A DNA stretch of 59,129 nt, counting the filler, from Rhizaria sp. SCN 62-66 (lineage: Eukaryota): NCBI GenBank assembly GCA_001724265.1. It is 4 parts of 4 records of this genome, joined end to end, with 100 filler letters (N's around TTAATTAATTAA, not from the genome) between each part and the next. Parts side by side here need not be neighbours in the genome. Positions count along the whole stretch, not along the records: positions 44,701 to 59,129 come from MEDY01000507.1; 3 more parts are not named here. The stretch is one strand, 5' to 3'. The position numbers were made by a program, and so were the translations under genes. The notes under the pieces are model-generated. The model was not told the DNA's origin, ran no database searches, and saw only the letters and a program-made list of their open reading frames with translations. Position 1 is the first letter of the stretch. Every line of letters begins with the position of its first letter. This document shows, piece by piece, positions 44,701 to 57,958 of the stretch.

Positions 44701-47700
44701 CCCCGCCGCGGCGCTCGCGGCGGCCGCGGCGGCCGCGGGCGCAGCCAGCGACAGTAGCGCGCCGTGGGGGCCCGCGCCCGCCGCGCCGGCGCCGGCGCCG
44801 GCGCCGGAGCCGGAGCCGCCGCCGGGGACGGCGGCGGCGGTCGCGGCCGTCACCGTGGCGGCGGCGGCCGAGGCGGCGGAGGTCACTGCCGAGGGCGGAG
44901 CCGCCGCGACTAGGGGCTCGAGGCGTAGCAGAGGCAGCGGCAGCGGCAGCGGGGCAGTAGCGGCGGCGGCGGCGGCGGTAGGGTCGCAGTCGGAGGAGAC
45001 GGCCTGATGGACGTGGCGCCAGCGCTGCAGTAGAGCAGCACTGGGAAAAGCAGCAAAAATTCAGAAACAAAGGGAAAATTAGTGAGAAGACTTTAAAGAA
45101 TAAAGACGCATAATATTTGAAGATATAATGTTTAAAATTACAAAACAGATCTAGTTGTAACTAATATAGCCGAGTAGATTAATTATATATCGTTAAAGTG
45201 TTATATATAGTTGTTATTTGACGTACCGAGCGCTGGCGTGCGCCATGACGACGGCCACGGGGTCGTTGGCGAGTCGCCTCAGCAACACGCTCTTGCCAGT
45301 TGTCACAGCCGCAGCGGCAGCAGTGGCGGGGCCCTGGGGCGCGCCCGCGGGGCCAAAGAGCATCATCGCGGGGCTCAGGGCGCAGCGCGGCGCGGCAGCG
45401 GCCGCGGCAGCTGCGGCGGCGGCGGCGGCGGCGACCGAGGCGGCGGCGGCGGGAGCAGAAGCCGCGGCACGCGCGCGGCGGCGGAGGCGGCGCAGGCGGC
45501 GGGCAGCAGAGGCCGCGGCCGCGGCGGCGCGCGCGGCGGCGGCGGCCGAGGCCGAGGCGGCGGCGGAGGCGGCCGCTTCCTCAAGGGACGCAGAGAGCAA
45601 GTGCGACTGTGAGCGAGTCAGCTGCTGCTGCTGCTGCTGTTGCGGCTGCTGCTGCTGCTGCTGTTGCTGCTGGCGCATGGGCTGCTGAGGCTGCGACTGC
45701 CGCGGCTGGCTGTGAACAGCCTGGTCACGGCCATACTCGAGGTCCGGGTCAGCATCGGCGTCTGCGTCGAGAGCGTGGCCACGGGCACTGCCAACAGGGA
45801 CGTCGACGTTACCGTGATCATCGCCGCCACTGCGCGCGCCAGCGTTCGTGTTGAGGTTCGCGTGGCTGTCGTCGCTGCCTTGCTGGGGAGAGGCAGGCAG
45901 CTTGAAGTGAAGACAGTGGGGCACGATGATGCCCAAAGGCGCGTCGAAGTAAGCGCCCTTAGACCCCGTGTAAGTGCCCTTAGACCTGGCGCCGGTGCCG
46001 GGGGCCAGCACGTGCACCCACCCCTCGCCCCTGCCATTGCGACCGTTGCCATACGCGGCAGCGCTCGCGCTGTCGCAAGCGCGCGCCTTGCTGCCGCTGC
46101 TGCCGGCGGTCTTGTTGGCGGTCTTGCGGGCAGGACTGACACGGCTGACGCCGGCGGCGCTCGTGTTTACCAGCACGACGTCCACGTCAACGTCGGCGTC
46201 GGCGTCAGCATCTGCGTCAGCGTCAGCTGCGTCTGCGTCAACATCGTTGCAGATGGGAATAGCATCGTCGGTATCCTTGCTATCGTCGGTGCGGCGGCCG
46301 TTGCTCTGGCGCTTGCCGCGCTTGCTACTCTTCTCGTTGCTGCTGCTGTTGTTGCGAGCAGTATTCGCGGCAGCCACGGCCAACAGTGCATCCAGAGACA
46401 TGATCCCAGTCACCCTCACATCGGCAGCACTGCTGCTGCTATCAAGGCTGCTGCTACCAGCGTTGGCCGCGTCGCTGAGGTCGGGCCGAGTGACGGTGGG
46501 CATCGGCGGCGCGCCGGCCCCCGCCCCGGCCATAGTCGCGGCCCCCGCCCCCGCCATAGTCGTGTGCGGCGCCAGCGATAGAAGCACGGCCTGGCCCGCG
46601 GCGCCGGCGGCGCGCGGCGGCGCGGCGGCCGTCAGCAGCGCAGTCGTGGCGGCGGCCAGCGCTGCCCGGGCCCGTGTCTGCTGCTGCGCCTGCTGCTGCT
46701 GTTGCTTCGCATCGCTGCTGTCGCCAGAACTGGCAGCAGCAGCACTCGCGGCACTCGGGCTGCTCATGTGCATACTAGCGCTCGCGCCGGCGCTGTTGTC
46801 GCCGTACGTGGCGACAAGCGCCTGGTAGCTTTTGACGACGCTGGCGACCGCGAAGACGACCTTGGCGGGATCGCAGCCGCAGTCGGGGTCCTCGCTCAGC
46901 GCCGCGTCGGCCGCGGCGGCCGCGGCGGCGTCCTGCGGTGTCGCCGGCAGAGCGGCTGAGGCCGAGGCCGAGGCCGAGGCCGCGGCTTGGGCAAGCATTT
47001 GGCTCGCGGCATCGGCGATGTGCTGTGACCGGCCAGTCACCGTAGCAACCGCAGTCGCTGTCGCAGAGGCTGGGCCGAAGCTAGGACTGGTGAGAGAGTT
47101 ACCGTTGCCACTCGCATTGGCCCGATTGTGAGCCGCGTTCGTCTCTCTATTCCCGGCATTGTTAGCGGTGGGACTCGGCCTACTGTTATTGTTGTTGTTG
47201 CTGTGGGCTCCAGGCCTGGCCGTCAGCGTCAGCAAACCAGCGCTCGCGTTGTGCTGCTGCTGCTGTTGCTGCTGCAGTTGCTGTTGTTGCTGCAGATCAT
47301 ACGCAGTAGCGTTGGGGCTACCGCCGCCGCTGCCGCCGCCGCCACCGCTGCTGAGGCCGCTGATATTCGCGGCCTCGTTGACCGCTGCGACGGCGAGCGC
47401 CACGGCCTGCTGCGCGGCCGCCGCAACGGCCGCCGTGGCCGCGGCGGCTGCATCGGGCGCGGGCAGCGGGAGCGCCGGCCCCCAGCCGCCGTGGGCCGGG
47501 TCCGCCAACGCGATCAGCACGGTGAGCGCCGAGAGCTGGTGGACCAGGGGGTGGTCCAGGGACGCCCATTCGCGGGACAAAGACGGGGACGCGAAGTCTG
47601 CAGCGCTCGCGTTCGAGCTGGAGCCACTTAAGCCGCTGGCGCTCGAGCTAGAGTCAGAAGAGCTGGCGGAGGCGGAGGCGGAGGCGAACGCTGCGTGGGA

Positions 47701-50700
47701 CTGCCAGTAGCGCCGCAGCCATGCGACGGTCGCGCTGCCAGCCAGGGGGTCCAGCTGGCCGGGACCGTGGGCTAAGGGGGTACTTAGACTGAGACTGGAC
47801 TCGGGGCTGCCACCGCTCTTGCCCTTACTCGTGCTCCGCCGACCGCTCCGACGAGAGCTACTCGCCGCCATTGCCGCCGCAGCCGCGGCCGCAGCAGCCG
47901 CAGCCCCCACGGCCTCGGGCACCGGCGCCGCAGCGGCCGCCTGGTGCAGCGCGAGCGCAGCAACCGACCTGCGGGCCGCCAGGTCGACGCCGTAGCCCGG
48001 ATCCAGCGGCAGCAGCTTCGCCAGCAGCAGCAGCAGCGCAGAGCGGAGCCGCGCGCTGCGCTGCCAGCGGACGCGCGCGCGCACGCAGGACAGCGCCGAG
48101 GCGGCGTTGGCGGCGGCAGCGGTGGTGACCGAGAGCGCAGCCGCAGTCGGGTCGATGTCACTAGCAGGGTTGTGGGCGTGCTTGTTGACGCGCGTGTCAT
48201 TGTGCGCACCCTTGGAGGAGATGTAGGTGCTCGCCGAGAGCAGGGCGCGTGTAAGGGCCCCAGTGACGGTGAAATCACCCGCACTCGCACTGACACTCGA
48301 GCTAGAGCTCGATTGAAGCATGGAACTTGCATTAGCGTTGTTGTTGTTATTGCTGTTGCTATTGTTTGGATTAGCAACCAGCGCGGCCGCGGCAGGAATG
48401 GGCGAGTCTAACGCCGCGACAGAGTCTAATGGAGCCAGCGTAAACGAGCTCTGCAGCTGCAGCTGTGACAGCAACTGCGACTGCTGTTGTTGCTGCTGCT
48501 GTTGCTGCTGCTGAGGCTGTTGTTGAGGCTGCGACGGGTGAGGCTGCGGGAAGTAGCTGGGAGACGGCAGCGGCTGCAACTGCTGGCTACTCGCCCCCAC
48601 ACTCGAAACTGCGCTAATACTGCCATTGGTGTTAAAATTGGTGTTGCTACCGTTGTGGTTATAGAGCAGAAACGCAAGTCCGATGTGAGCTGCCTGCGCC
48701 GCGGCAGCGGCCACGGCCGCGCCCGCCGCCGCCCCCGCGCCCGCGCCCACGCCCACGCCGGCGCCGGCGGCCGTGCCGAGATACAGAGCGTGGCGCGGGG
48801 CTGCCACCGCCGCCGCAGCCGCCGCCGCCGCCACCGCTGCGGCCGCCGCCGCCGAGGCCGCCGTGGCCGCCGCCCGCCTGGCCCTGACGCTGCCGCCGGC
48901 CGAGCCAGCGGCGGCCGCGGCCGCGGCTACGGCAGCCGCGGCGGCTGCGGCCGCGGCAACGGCCTCGGGGCCCGCAAGCGTGACGAGCTGCGCGGCGCGC
49001 GCGTCGAGCTCCTGCTCCAGCTCGCGCGCCAGGATGTCTGCCAGCCGCCGCAGGTAGGGCTGCAGGCCGACGGTAAGTACGGCGCGCGCGGCCCACGGCC
49101 CGCGGTCCGCGAAGACGGCCAGCGGGCGCAGCGCGGCGAGACGGTGCGCCGGCAGCAGCAGCACCTGTAGCAGCGTGGGCAGCTGCGGCGGCGGCGGGCA
49201 CGGGCCCTGGCGGCGCTCCAGCGACGAGGTGAAGAGCTGCAGCTGCGCCGCCAGGAAGGGTGACAGCGCTGGCGCCGCAGCCGCCGCCGCGCTGGACGCG
49301 GCTCCAGAGGCTGGGGAGGCCGAGGCGAGAGAGAGGGACGCTGATAGCGCCAGGGCTGGGGAGGTCATGCACGCGAGGAAACGGCTCGTCTCATCCTGGA
49401 TAAACGCGCAATACATTTAAAAAAAAGACGTGAAGGTGTGAAAAACAAAGTAAGCAGCTTGAATATACCATTACTATTCCATATAACGACTTAAAAAGGA
49501 GAGAAATGCATTGCTCAATTTCTATAGCTCAAATATATATATATATATGTAACTCTGTTTTAGCTTTGCTTTCGCTTTGCTTGTGTTGTTGCTTTGTTTT
49601 GCGTACCTGTACCGCGCGGTCCCAATGACCCCAGAGCGGGTGCGCGGAGCAGTCCGGCAGCGCGGGCCGCGACACAGCGGTGCGGCCCAGGCGCGCCATG
49701 ACGCGCTGCGCGAGGACAAAGTTGCGGAACACGGCCGAGACGTTGGCCTCGGAGCGGAAGAGTGGGAGGAAGAGTTGCGGGGGCAGGCACGACCATGCGA
49801 TCGCGTCCTGGAATATGACACGCAATAGGTTTAAAAAACGATGATAGAGGTGTAATAAGCCAAATTAAACAGTTTTAACGTGTTATTTAATGAATTGAGA
49901 AAATAATATTTCATAGAAGTGCGAGATATCCTGCGTAAAGTCCGTTTGCGTACCTGGACTGCGGTGAGGGTCCTGGTGAGCACGCCCACTGCGTTGGCCG
50001 CCACGGCCGCCAGCGCCGTCATCTCAGCCAGCTGCGCAGCTGAAGCAGACACAGATGCAGAGGCGGCGGCGGTGGCGGCGGCGGCGGCAGCAGGGGCGAG
50101 CGGGCTTGCTGCGAGCGAGAGCATGAAGCAGATGTCTTCGTAGCCGAGCGCTGTCACGCGGTCGCCCCGACGGCGCGCGTTGAGCAGCGTGAGCCACCCC
50201 GCGTGCTCCGCCTGACTCCGTGCCACGGCCGCGCGGGCCGCGCGCGCCGCGAGCCCAGCCGCGCTGCAGTCCTCCTCGTCCTCGGCGACGTCGTCGTCGT
50301 GATCACCCATGTCGTCGTACTGTTGTTGTTGTTGTTGTTGTTGGGCGCCGATGCGCCGCCTGCCATTGCTGCTGCTGCTGCCGTTCACGGTCGGGTCGAC
50401 GGCGGCCTCCACCCTGGCCGCCCTCGCCCTAGCCCGGGCCCGCGCGCCGGCTAGCCCCAGCGCCGGCGCGAGGGCGACGGAGTGCGCCAGCAGCGCCGTC
50501 TTGAGCGGCGTGGTCAGCGCCGCAGTAAAGACGTCCGCCGGGAACGCCGGGTGCCGCGGCAGCGACTCGGCGGCGCTGCACGCGCCCACGAAGAGGTGCA
50601 GAAACGGGTCCGAGAGCTGTGCCCACGGGATCAGGGGCTGTGGCGCAGACGCCGACGTCCCCTTACCACTCGCGGCCGCCGTAGCAGTTGATGGCGCATG

Positions 50701-53410
50701 AGTCGCGTTCGCAGCATTCGGCGCGGTGGCGTTAGCGGCGGCGGTGCGGGGGTGGCGGCCGGTGCCGCGGGCAGCGGCGGCCGCGGCGGCCGTTGCCATT
50801 GTGTTGTTGTTGCTGTTGCTATTCACATTCGCATTCGCACTTGCACTGGCAGTAGAGCTGCTACCCGAAGAAGCAGCGGCAGGCGCAGCAGGCCCAGCGC
50901 TGTTATTCGTGCTCGCTGCTCCAGGGACAGAACTAGGGACCAGCAAAGCGGCGGCGGCAGCGGCAGCGGCTTCCTTGGCCGCCAGGGCCACCGCGGCCGC
51001 CACCCGGCCCCCCCTGGCCCCCGCCCCCGCACTATGGGGGAGGCTACTACCCTGTTGCTGCGACTGGGACTGTGGCGACTGGGGTGACTGGGATCCAGCG
51101 AGCTCGGCGGCCGCAATAATGCGCTGGTCCAGCACGGCGGCGGCGGCCGCAATCGCCCGGCCTGCGCGGGGGCAGTCGAACACCCAGAGCGCGGGCAGCG
51201 CGGGCCCCGCGGCCGTGAGCGCGTCGCGCAGCGCGAGCGGCACGTACTGCGTGTACAGTTCGTCGTAGACCCACAGCTCGCCGTTGGCCGTGGGGGCCGG
51301 CACGCCGTCGCCGCAGTAGTGCACGAGCACGCGCTCCGTTGCCGCCGCCGCAGTCGCGCTCGCTGTCGCAGCGCTCGCGGAACCGGCGCTGGCCGCGTTG
51401 TTCGCGGCGCTGCTCGCGCTGGCGCTGTTGCCGGCGGGGGGGCGGCGCAGCGCGCGCAGGGCCCTGAGGGCGCCGGTGCGCGACGGGTCCGCGAGGCAGA
51501 CAACGGCGCCTGCACTGGCACCTGCTGCGACAGCGGAGGAGGCGGCTGCGGCGTGGGCCGGCGTCGCGGTCACCGCTGTGCCGGCGCTGCCGGAGCCCGC
51601 GCCGCCGCTGCTGTTGGGGAATAGAAGCGCTTCGTACTGGGAGGCAACGTTGCTGGCCATCTGCGCGCCCAATAGAGTCGGATCGGCGACCACGGAGGCA
51701 TCTAAGTGGCCCTTACCTGGAGCCACCTCGACTGGCAACGGCGCAGCGGCAGCGGCGGCAGCGGCTGCGGCGGCCGCGGCGGCCGCGGCGGCACCTTCGT
51801 CGAGCCCGGCCCCGGCGCCGCCGGCGGCAGCAGCGGCGGAGGCGGCGGCGGCAGCAGCAGCCGCGGCCGCGGCGGTCGCAGCGTCCAACGCGGGACTGGG
51901 GTCAATCCAGCCGTGCGCACTGCAGATGTACGAAACAAAAAGGATATAAATGGATAAATATGTGAGGATATGACTCTAAAACTATAATATAATATACAAC
52001 TGTACTATTTAAGATTAAATAAACACTATTTTAACATAAATTTAAACATTAAACGCATATATATCGACTTGCGTACCGCGCCGCGTGCGGCGGCCGCGGG
52101 CGCTGCGGCGGCTCCTCAGGCGCATCGACGCCGACGCGCACGCAAAGCAGCACCAGCGCGTGCGAGAGCCGCGCGCGCGCCTGCGGCTGCGGCGTCGGGA
52201 CTAGCGCCGCCGCCGCCGCCGCGCTAGAGCCCGAGCCTGTGGAACCTGCGATACTCATGGGGGGGTAAGCAGAGAGGGCCGAGAGGGTGGAGGAGGCGGC
52301 GGCGGCGGCGGCGGTCGCGGCGGCGGCCAGAGACGCGGCCGTCACCGGCACCGGCACCGGCACGGACACTGGAACTGCAGGGGCCGCAACTGTGGCAGCT
52401 GTATCCCCACTAGCATTCGCCGCTGCTGCTGCCGCCGCTGCCGCTGCAGCTGCGGAGGCCGAGGCGGAGGCGGAGGCGGAGGCGGCCGCATTCGCGGCGG
52501 CGACCGCGAGAGGCAGGAACAGCGTCGGCGCAACTGCAACGCCGCTGCTGCTATAACTATAGCTACCGGGACCCATGGGAGCGCTGGAGCCGCTAGAGCT
52601 CGCGCTCCCCGACTGCGACAGCGCGGGCGTGAGCGGAAGCGGGTAAAGGGCGGCCGTCGCAGGCGCCGCGGGGGGCTCGCGAGCGCGCCACAGGTCCGGC
52701 GGGCCCCAGATGCGGCTTTCGCTGACGATGCCGACGCCGCCCACCGCGGCGCTCCCACCACCGGCGGCGGCGGCGGCGGCCGCACTGATGCTGCTGCTGC
52801 CGCTCGAGATGGCGCTGCTGTAAAGGGCCTCCGGGTCGATGGTTGTCCCGGGGTCGTCGAGAGTCGCCGCGGCGGCATAGCGCGCGCCGCCGTAGCCGTA
52901 GTAGCCAGAACCCGCGGCACCCGAGGCCCCCGAGGCGCCCCCGCGGCGGCCGTGGCTGCCGTAGGGCGCAGTGCTAAGCGCGGCGGGTGTGAAAACCTCC
53001 ACAGTGGCGCCCGCGCCCGCCTCGGCCGCCGCGGCTGCCGCAGAGAGCGACTGCGCCGCGCCAACACCGGCGAAACTACCATACGCGCTGTGAGCGTGCG
53101 GGTGTCGGGAAGCGGGGGGGAAGGCGGCGGGCACGGGGAAGACTGCGGTGGCGTGCGGCAGCGCGGGCCCCGACAGCAGCGTCGGGCAGGGGTCGCTCTG
53201 CAGCAGCGCGGCCGCCGCGAGCGCCGCGGGGGCAGCGGCAGCGGAGCCGCCGCCAGACAGCAGCAGTGCTGCGGCCGAGTCGGCGGCCCCCAGGCCCGGC
53301 GTCGAGGCGGCGCCTGGGCCGGCCGCGGCGGCACTGGCTGCGCTGGCCGCGGAGGAGGCGGCGTGGAGCGAGTGGGCCCAGAGGGCCGTGGCGGAGCGGT
53401 GGTCGTCCAT
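44701..53410 (-). CDS. RPTOR: Raptor/KOG1 (TORC1 scaffold) homologue, divergent and expanded, 3'-truncated (exons 53410-52077, 51919-49954, 49807-49607, 49395-45227, 45040-><44701; >2670 aa)
   Basis: Raptor blocks in the expected order: ALVLLCVRVGVDAP, GWIDP, ERVLVHYCGDGVPAPTANGELWVY..YTQYVPL, WVFDC, PADVFTAALTTPLKTAL, DAIAW..LFR..FRNFVLAQRVM, PQLPTLLQVLL..HRL.AL..GPWA; all intron phases are consistent. Confidence 0.9.
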
Positions 53411-54572
53411 CGCAGCAGTCACCAGCGGTCACCAGCGGTCACCAGCAGTCGTCAGAGCACTGACAAGCTCGGAGGAGGGGAAAGACGGCGCTGCTGCGGC
53501 GTTGATACGAGCGACTGGAAAGGCCAAAGCGCGGCACCGAGTTTTTTTGTAAAAGTCTTAGAGTGTGAAGAGCTCTGCTTAGTATAGGGCAAAAGGGGAA
53601 GTGAGGCAGGTGATATGCAGGGGAGATCGATGGGGCCAGAGTGGGGGCGACGAAATAGGAAGCATCAGTAGATCCCACGACGTGGGATAACCGTTGATAG
53701 AAGAGATAACACGCTAACCACCAGTAAGCAAGGCGCTCGTATCACATACACGAAAATAAAGGTAATGCCTTGCAGGCTTAGGTCGCACAGACAACTTTCA
53801 GTGTTTGTACGACTCAGTCGGAGTCGTCGTCGGTCTCGCTTGTGTCGAAAAAATCAGTGGCTCACAGTCACTTTTTGGCCGCCTTTGTGCTCAGTCGGAT
53901 CGGGCGTGGGAAAAGATGTGTGTTGGACGGCCGATTTTGAGACTCATTTAGACGGTATTGCGGTTTGTTCGTGCATCTTTTGTTTAAACGACGGCGTAAT
54001 CCTATCATTGTTCTTGCTTGTGTATTTATGAGTATGCTTGCGCGAGTGCTTGCGGACCCAGGTATCCAATCCTTCGCCAGCCAGCTGAGACGACTTAACA
54101 GATCTTAGTACCCCACGCGCCCCGCTCTGCCCTGGCTCCGGGACGCAACGAAGTCACAAGCTATATTTTGTCTAAGCGGTATAACACACTTGTGTACTGT
54201 TACCGCTCTGTTACACTCCGCCACACGAACTATTTGCCTTGATCAAGCCCTCTGTTTGCTCCAGCACCGACAGTCTCGTTTCGCTTCTACTTGTTTGCTC
54301 CCGAAATTCATCTCTCTCTCTGTGTATCCTGTCCCGCTCACTCCCGCACACCGCCCCCTCTCTTTGCTATCTCTTTCCTCGCCTTTTCGCATACTTTTCC
54401 CCCGTGCCTTCCCTCCTCCCGCTCTCGCAGCACGCTTTCCGGACTCACAGTAACGCACAGGAACAGAGCATAGCAAGAACAAAGCTCCCTGTCTCTCTTG
54501 TAACGCGTACCACACTCCACCCAGCAGTCTCTCTGCCCTCCGACACACAGCACAGCCCCCACCACAGCACCG

Positions 54573-55549
54573 ATGTCCAGCAGCAGCGACACGCGCCAGG
54601 CGTCCACGGTCCCCGTCGAGGTGGACAAGCTCAGCCACTTCTTCGCCGACGAGCGCCGCGACCTCGTCTTCCTCATGCGCCAGGTACGGATATTTCCGCA
54701 CATCAAAACAAATTATATTTATTCATATACTTCGAGTGTATGTTTCTCTTTATATTCTCTTTGTCTTTCTTGCTCACTCTTTCCAACTCCTACCTGTCTC
54801 TTTCTTTCTCCCTCGCTTCTTGCTCTTTGCTCTTTGCATCTATGTTGCATCTATGTTGCATCTCTCGATCCTCTGTGTAGGCCGAGGCCGCTGAGCGCTT
54901 CGAGGACATGACGGCCTTCGCGCGGCGCCTGGTGCGGCTCACCAAGGGCGGCGCGCTGACCCGCGAGGAGCGCAACCTCTTCGCGATCGCCCACAAGCAC
55001 TTGATCGTCGCCAAGCGCGCTGCACTCCGCACGCTCGTTTTCCCCACCAACTCGCCCAAGCTCAACCTGGGCTACAAGCACCTGGTTGAGCTCGACGTGC
55101 GCGACTTCTGCAAGGGCCTCATCGCGTTCGTCGCGGAACACCTACTCTCGCGCACCCAGGACGCTGCCGAGTCGCGGGTCTTCTTCCTCAAGCTCGTGGG
55201 CGACCACTACCGCTACCTGGCCGAGCTGGAGACGGGCGCGGACCCCGAGGCGCTGCGGCTGGCGCTGGAGCACTACCGCGAGGCCGCGGCGGTGGCCGAG
55301 ACGCAGCTGCCCGCGACGGACCCCACGCGGTTGGGCCTCATGCTTAACTACAGCGTGCTCGTCTACGAGCAGTGCCGCGACGTGCGCCAGGCGTGTGATC
55401 TCGCCAAGTCCGCCTTCGACCGCGCGATCAACCGACTGGACGAGCTGGACGAGGAGGACTACCGCGACGCCACGCTCGTCATGCAGCTCATGCGCGATAA
55501 CCTCGCGCTCTGGGTCCTGCTGCAGCAGTCCGGCTCGCACCAGCACTAA
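54573..55549 (+). CDS. Divergent 14-3-3 family protein, ~259 aa (exons 54573-54683, 54881-55549)
   Basis: AEAAERFEDM, EERNLFAIAHK, VFFLKLVGDHYRYLAE, PTRLGLMLNYSV, YRDATLVMQLMRDNLALW. Confidence 0.93.
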
Positions 55550-56488
55550 GCACGTTTGCGAGTCGATCTAAAGCAAAGCAAAAGCCAATGTGAAGCAAAG
55601 CAATGGAAAGTGACTTGATGAGTTGTGAAACAAGACTAACAACAACAAAGCAAACGCGAAAGCGAAAGTGGAAGCGAAAAACGAAGCAACGTTAGGAGTG
55701 AGTGATAACATGTTTCGGCTTTGTTGTTTTTGTTGTATGTTGCTTGCATGCTGCTGCTTGCTTGCTGGCTGTGTTGTGATTTATTTTTGATGTATTTTCT
55801 CTCTTCTTCATCATCATCATCGCTTTTTTCTTCTTATTTGTCTCGTTACTGTTGTCTGTCTCTTCTTCGCCTCTGCTCCTCTCTCTTTGCTTTGTCTTGT
55901 TTGGTTTTGTACCTGCTTTGCTTTCAACTCTGTAGCACTCTACTTCTTTGTTTTGTGATGCTAACGCCACGCAATGCTGTCTGCAATGCGTTGTGCTATA
56001 TGATATGCACCAATTGCGCTGTTCTGCTTTGCCTGTATAGCGTTGTATTGCCTCGCGCCAAGAGAGAAGAGTGCCGAGTTAGTGAAGCCTAAACGTCGCT
56101 TAACTTGACCTAACTTACTTAACCTGTGTCGTTAGTGTTTGTTGCGTTTTGTCTTGTCTTTTTGTTGTTCTGTTATTGACTGTATAGTGTTTCTGTCTGT
56201 TCCCTCTCTTCTCTGATGTTTTTTGTCTGATGCTTTTTGTCTTAGTTATTTGCCGCTCGTGTGCTCTTTGTGGTCGACTCTTGTCTTTGTTTTCCCTGCA
56301 TCTGATCTGACTACGTGTTGTTTGTGACTGCGTCTTTGTTTTGCTTGCTTTGTCTTGTTATAATTTCTGTCTTCCGAGTAAACGATGATGATGTGCTTAC
56401 CGCCTGTCCGCTAGCGTCCCTCTCCCTCCATCGATGTGTCTGTTTGTCAGTCAGTCCGCGCCTGTTTCTGAATGGCTCGCTTTGCCTC

Positions 56489-56518
56489 TATATATATATA
56501 TATCTATATATATATATA
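56489..56518. repeat. (TA)n microsatellite, once interrupted
   Basis: tatatatatatatatctatatatatatata; a shorter (TA)n lies at ~49534-49548. Confidence 0.85.
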
Positions 56519-57181
56519 GTCACTATATATTGCAGCAATGCACATGTACCATGTCGCTATTGTTGGCGGTGTCTGGAGTCTACAAGTGAGCCCTGGCTTG
56601 GACTGCATTAACACGTTGCAGTACATGTACAAGTTGTGTTATGATCTGGAGAGATGCCTAACGGAGTATGCAGGTGCTCGTCTCTTAGTAAATTCTTTAT
56701 AGTTGTTTTGTTGTTTTAATGCTGTTATAACAAAGTTATATCTCTTCCGTATTATATTTCATTCATCCCTCGAAAAGACAACGGCCCACAGTGATACACA
56801 AAGATCGATAGTTGTTTCCTGACGTCAACCTTTTGATTGTGCATGCCGCACGTCATCAACAAAACTGCGATCATAAGATAAAACACCCGTGTTTTATTGT
56901 AATACTACGATGTGGGGCTTACTTGACATTGCTAAGACCGCCAGCACCAGTCACATATCAACCCTACCACAAACGGCTGCAACGGCTGCGCGAATTGCTC
57001 GATCCACATCCAACGGCGAGCGAAGTCCTGGACGGGCGCACAAAAGATATCTGTGCGCCTCAACAGTCTGTGGGAATAAGTGTGGAATTAAAACACCACG
57101 TTGCTTTAGCTCTATTTTAATCTGGCCGATTAACTAAACTTGCCTTCACGATCGCGTAAGCGCTCTAGACACTTCCCGACC

Positions 57182-57958
57182 ATGTTCTTCAAGGTTCGTC
57201 TCTCTACCCTACATCTTGCCTAGTCTTTCATGCACTCTCCAGATCTCTAGTCTTTATGTGTTGTTCTTTCTCTGCATATGTATTATACGTCTGCCCTTGT
57301 AATATCTAGATCGCGAGGTCATATTCTTACCCAACCCCATATATTCGTCCTAACCCCCTAAACACTTCGCTCTCTTTCGCTCTCTGTGATGCCTTGTTTT
57401 GCTCCTACCTTGTTCGCGTGTGCTTAGCTGAAGCGCGTGGAGCCCCTGGTTCTGAAGCCGTGCTACGTCAACAAGGACATCGACGCGAACTTGAGTAAGC
57501 TGCTGCGGAGCACGATGGAGGGCAAGTACTCGCCGCAGTATGGCGTGACGCTGGCCATCACGCAGATCACGCGCTACAGCGACGGCGTGATCGACGTCTC
57601 GGACGCCAGCGTGCATTACCTCGTCACCTTCGAGGCGCTCATGTTCAACCTCTTCCAGGGCGAGATCGCGCTGTGCCGCGTCGCTGAGGTGCAGCCCGAG
57701 TCGGTCAAGTGCGTCTGCGGCCCTGTTGTGGTCCACATCCACCGCCAGAACCTGCGCCGCGCCGTGACTTTCGAGAACTCGCTCGAGCAGCGGCCGCGCT
57801 TCGTCGGCGCCGACGTCGTGATCGAGGAGGGCACGCTGATGCGCGTGCGCATCATCAGCCAGAGCGCCGGCGTCGAGTCCGCCGTTCACATCGGAGAGCT
57901 CGTGTCCGTCGTCGACGACCAGGCGTCCTCTGCCGCGGCCGGCGGCTACCAAGACTAA
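57182..57958 (+). CDS. RNA polymerase RPB7-family subunit, divergent, ~180 aa (exons 57182-57193, 57428-57958)
   Basis: MFFK | LKRVEPLVLKP..., EGKYSPQYGVTLAI, VTFEALMFNLFQGEI, GPVVVHI, GTLMRVRII: RPB7 N-terminal and OB-fold pattern. Confidence 0.8.
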
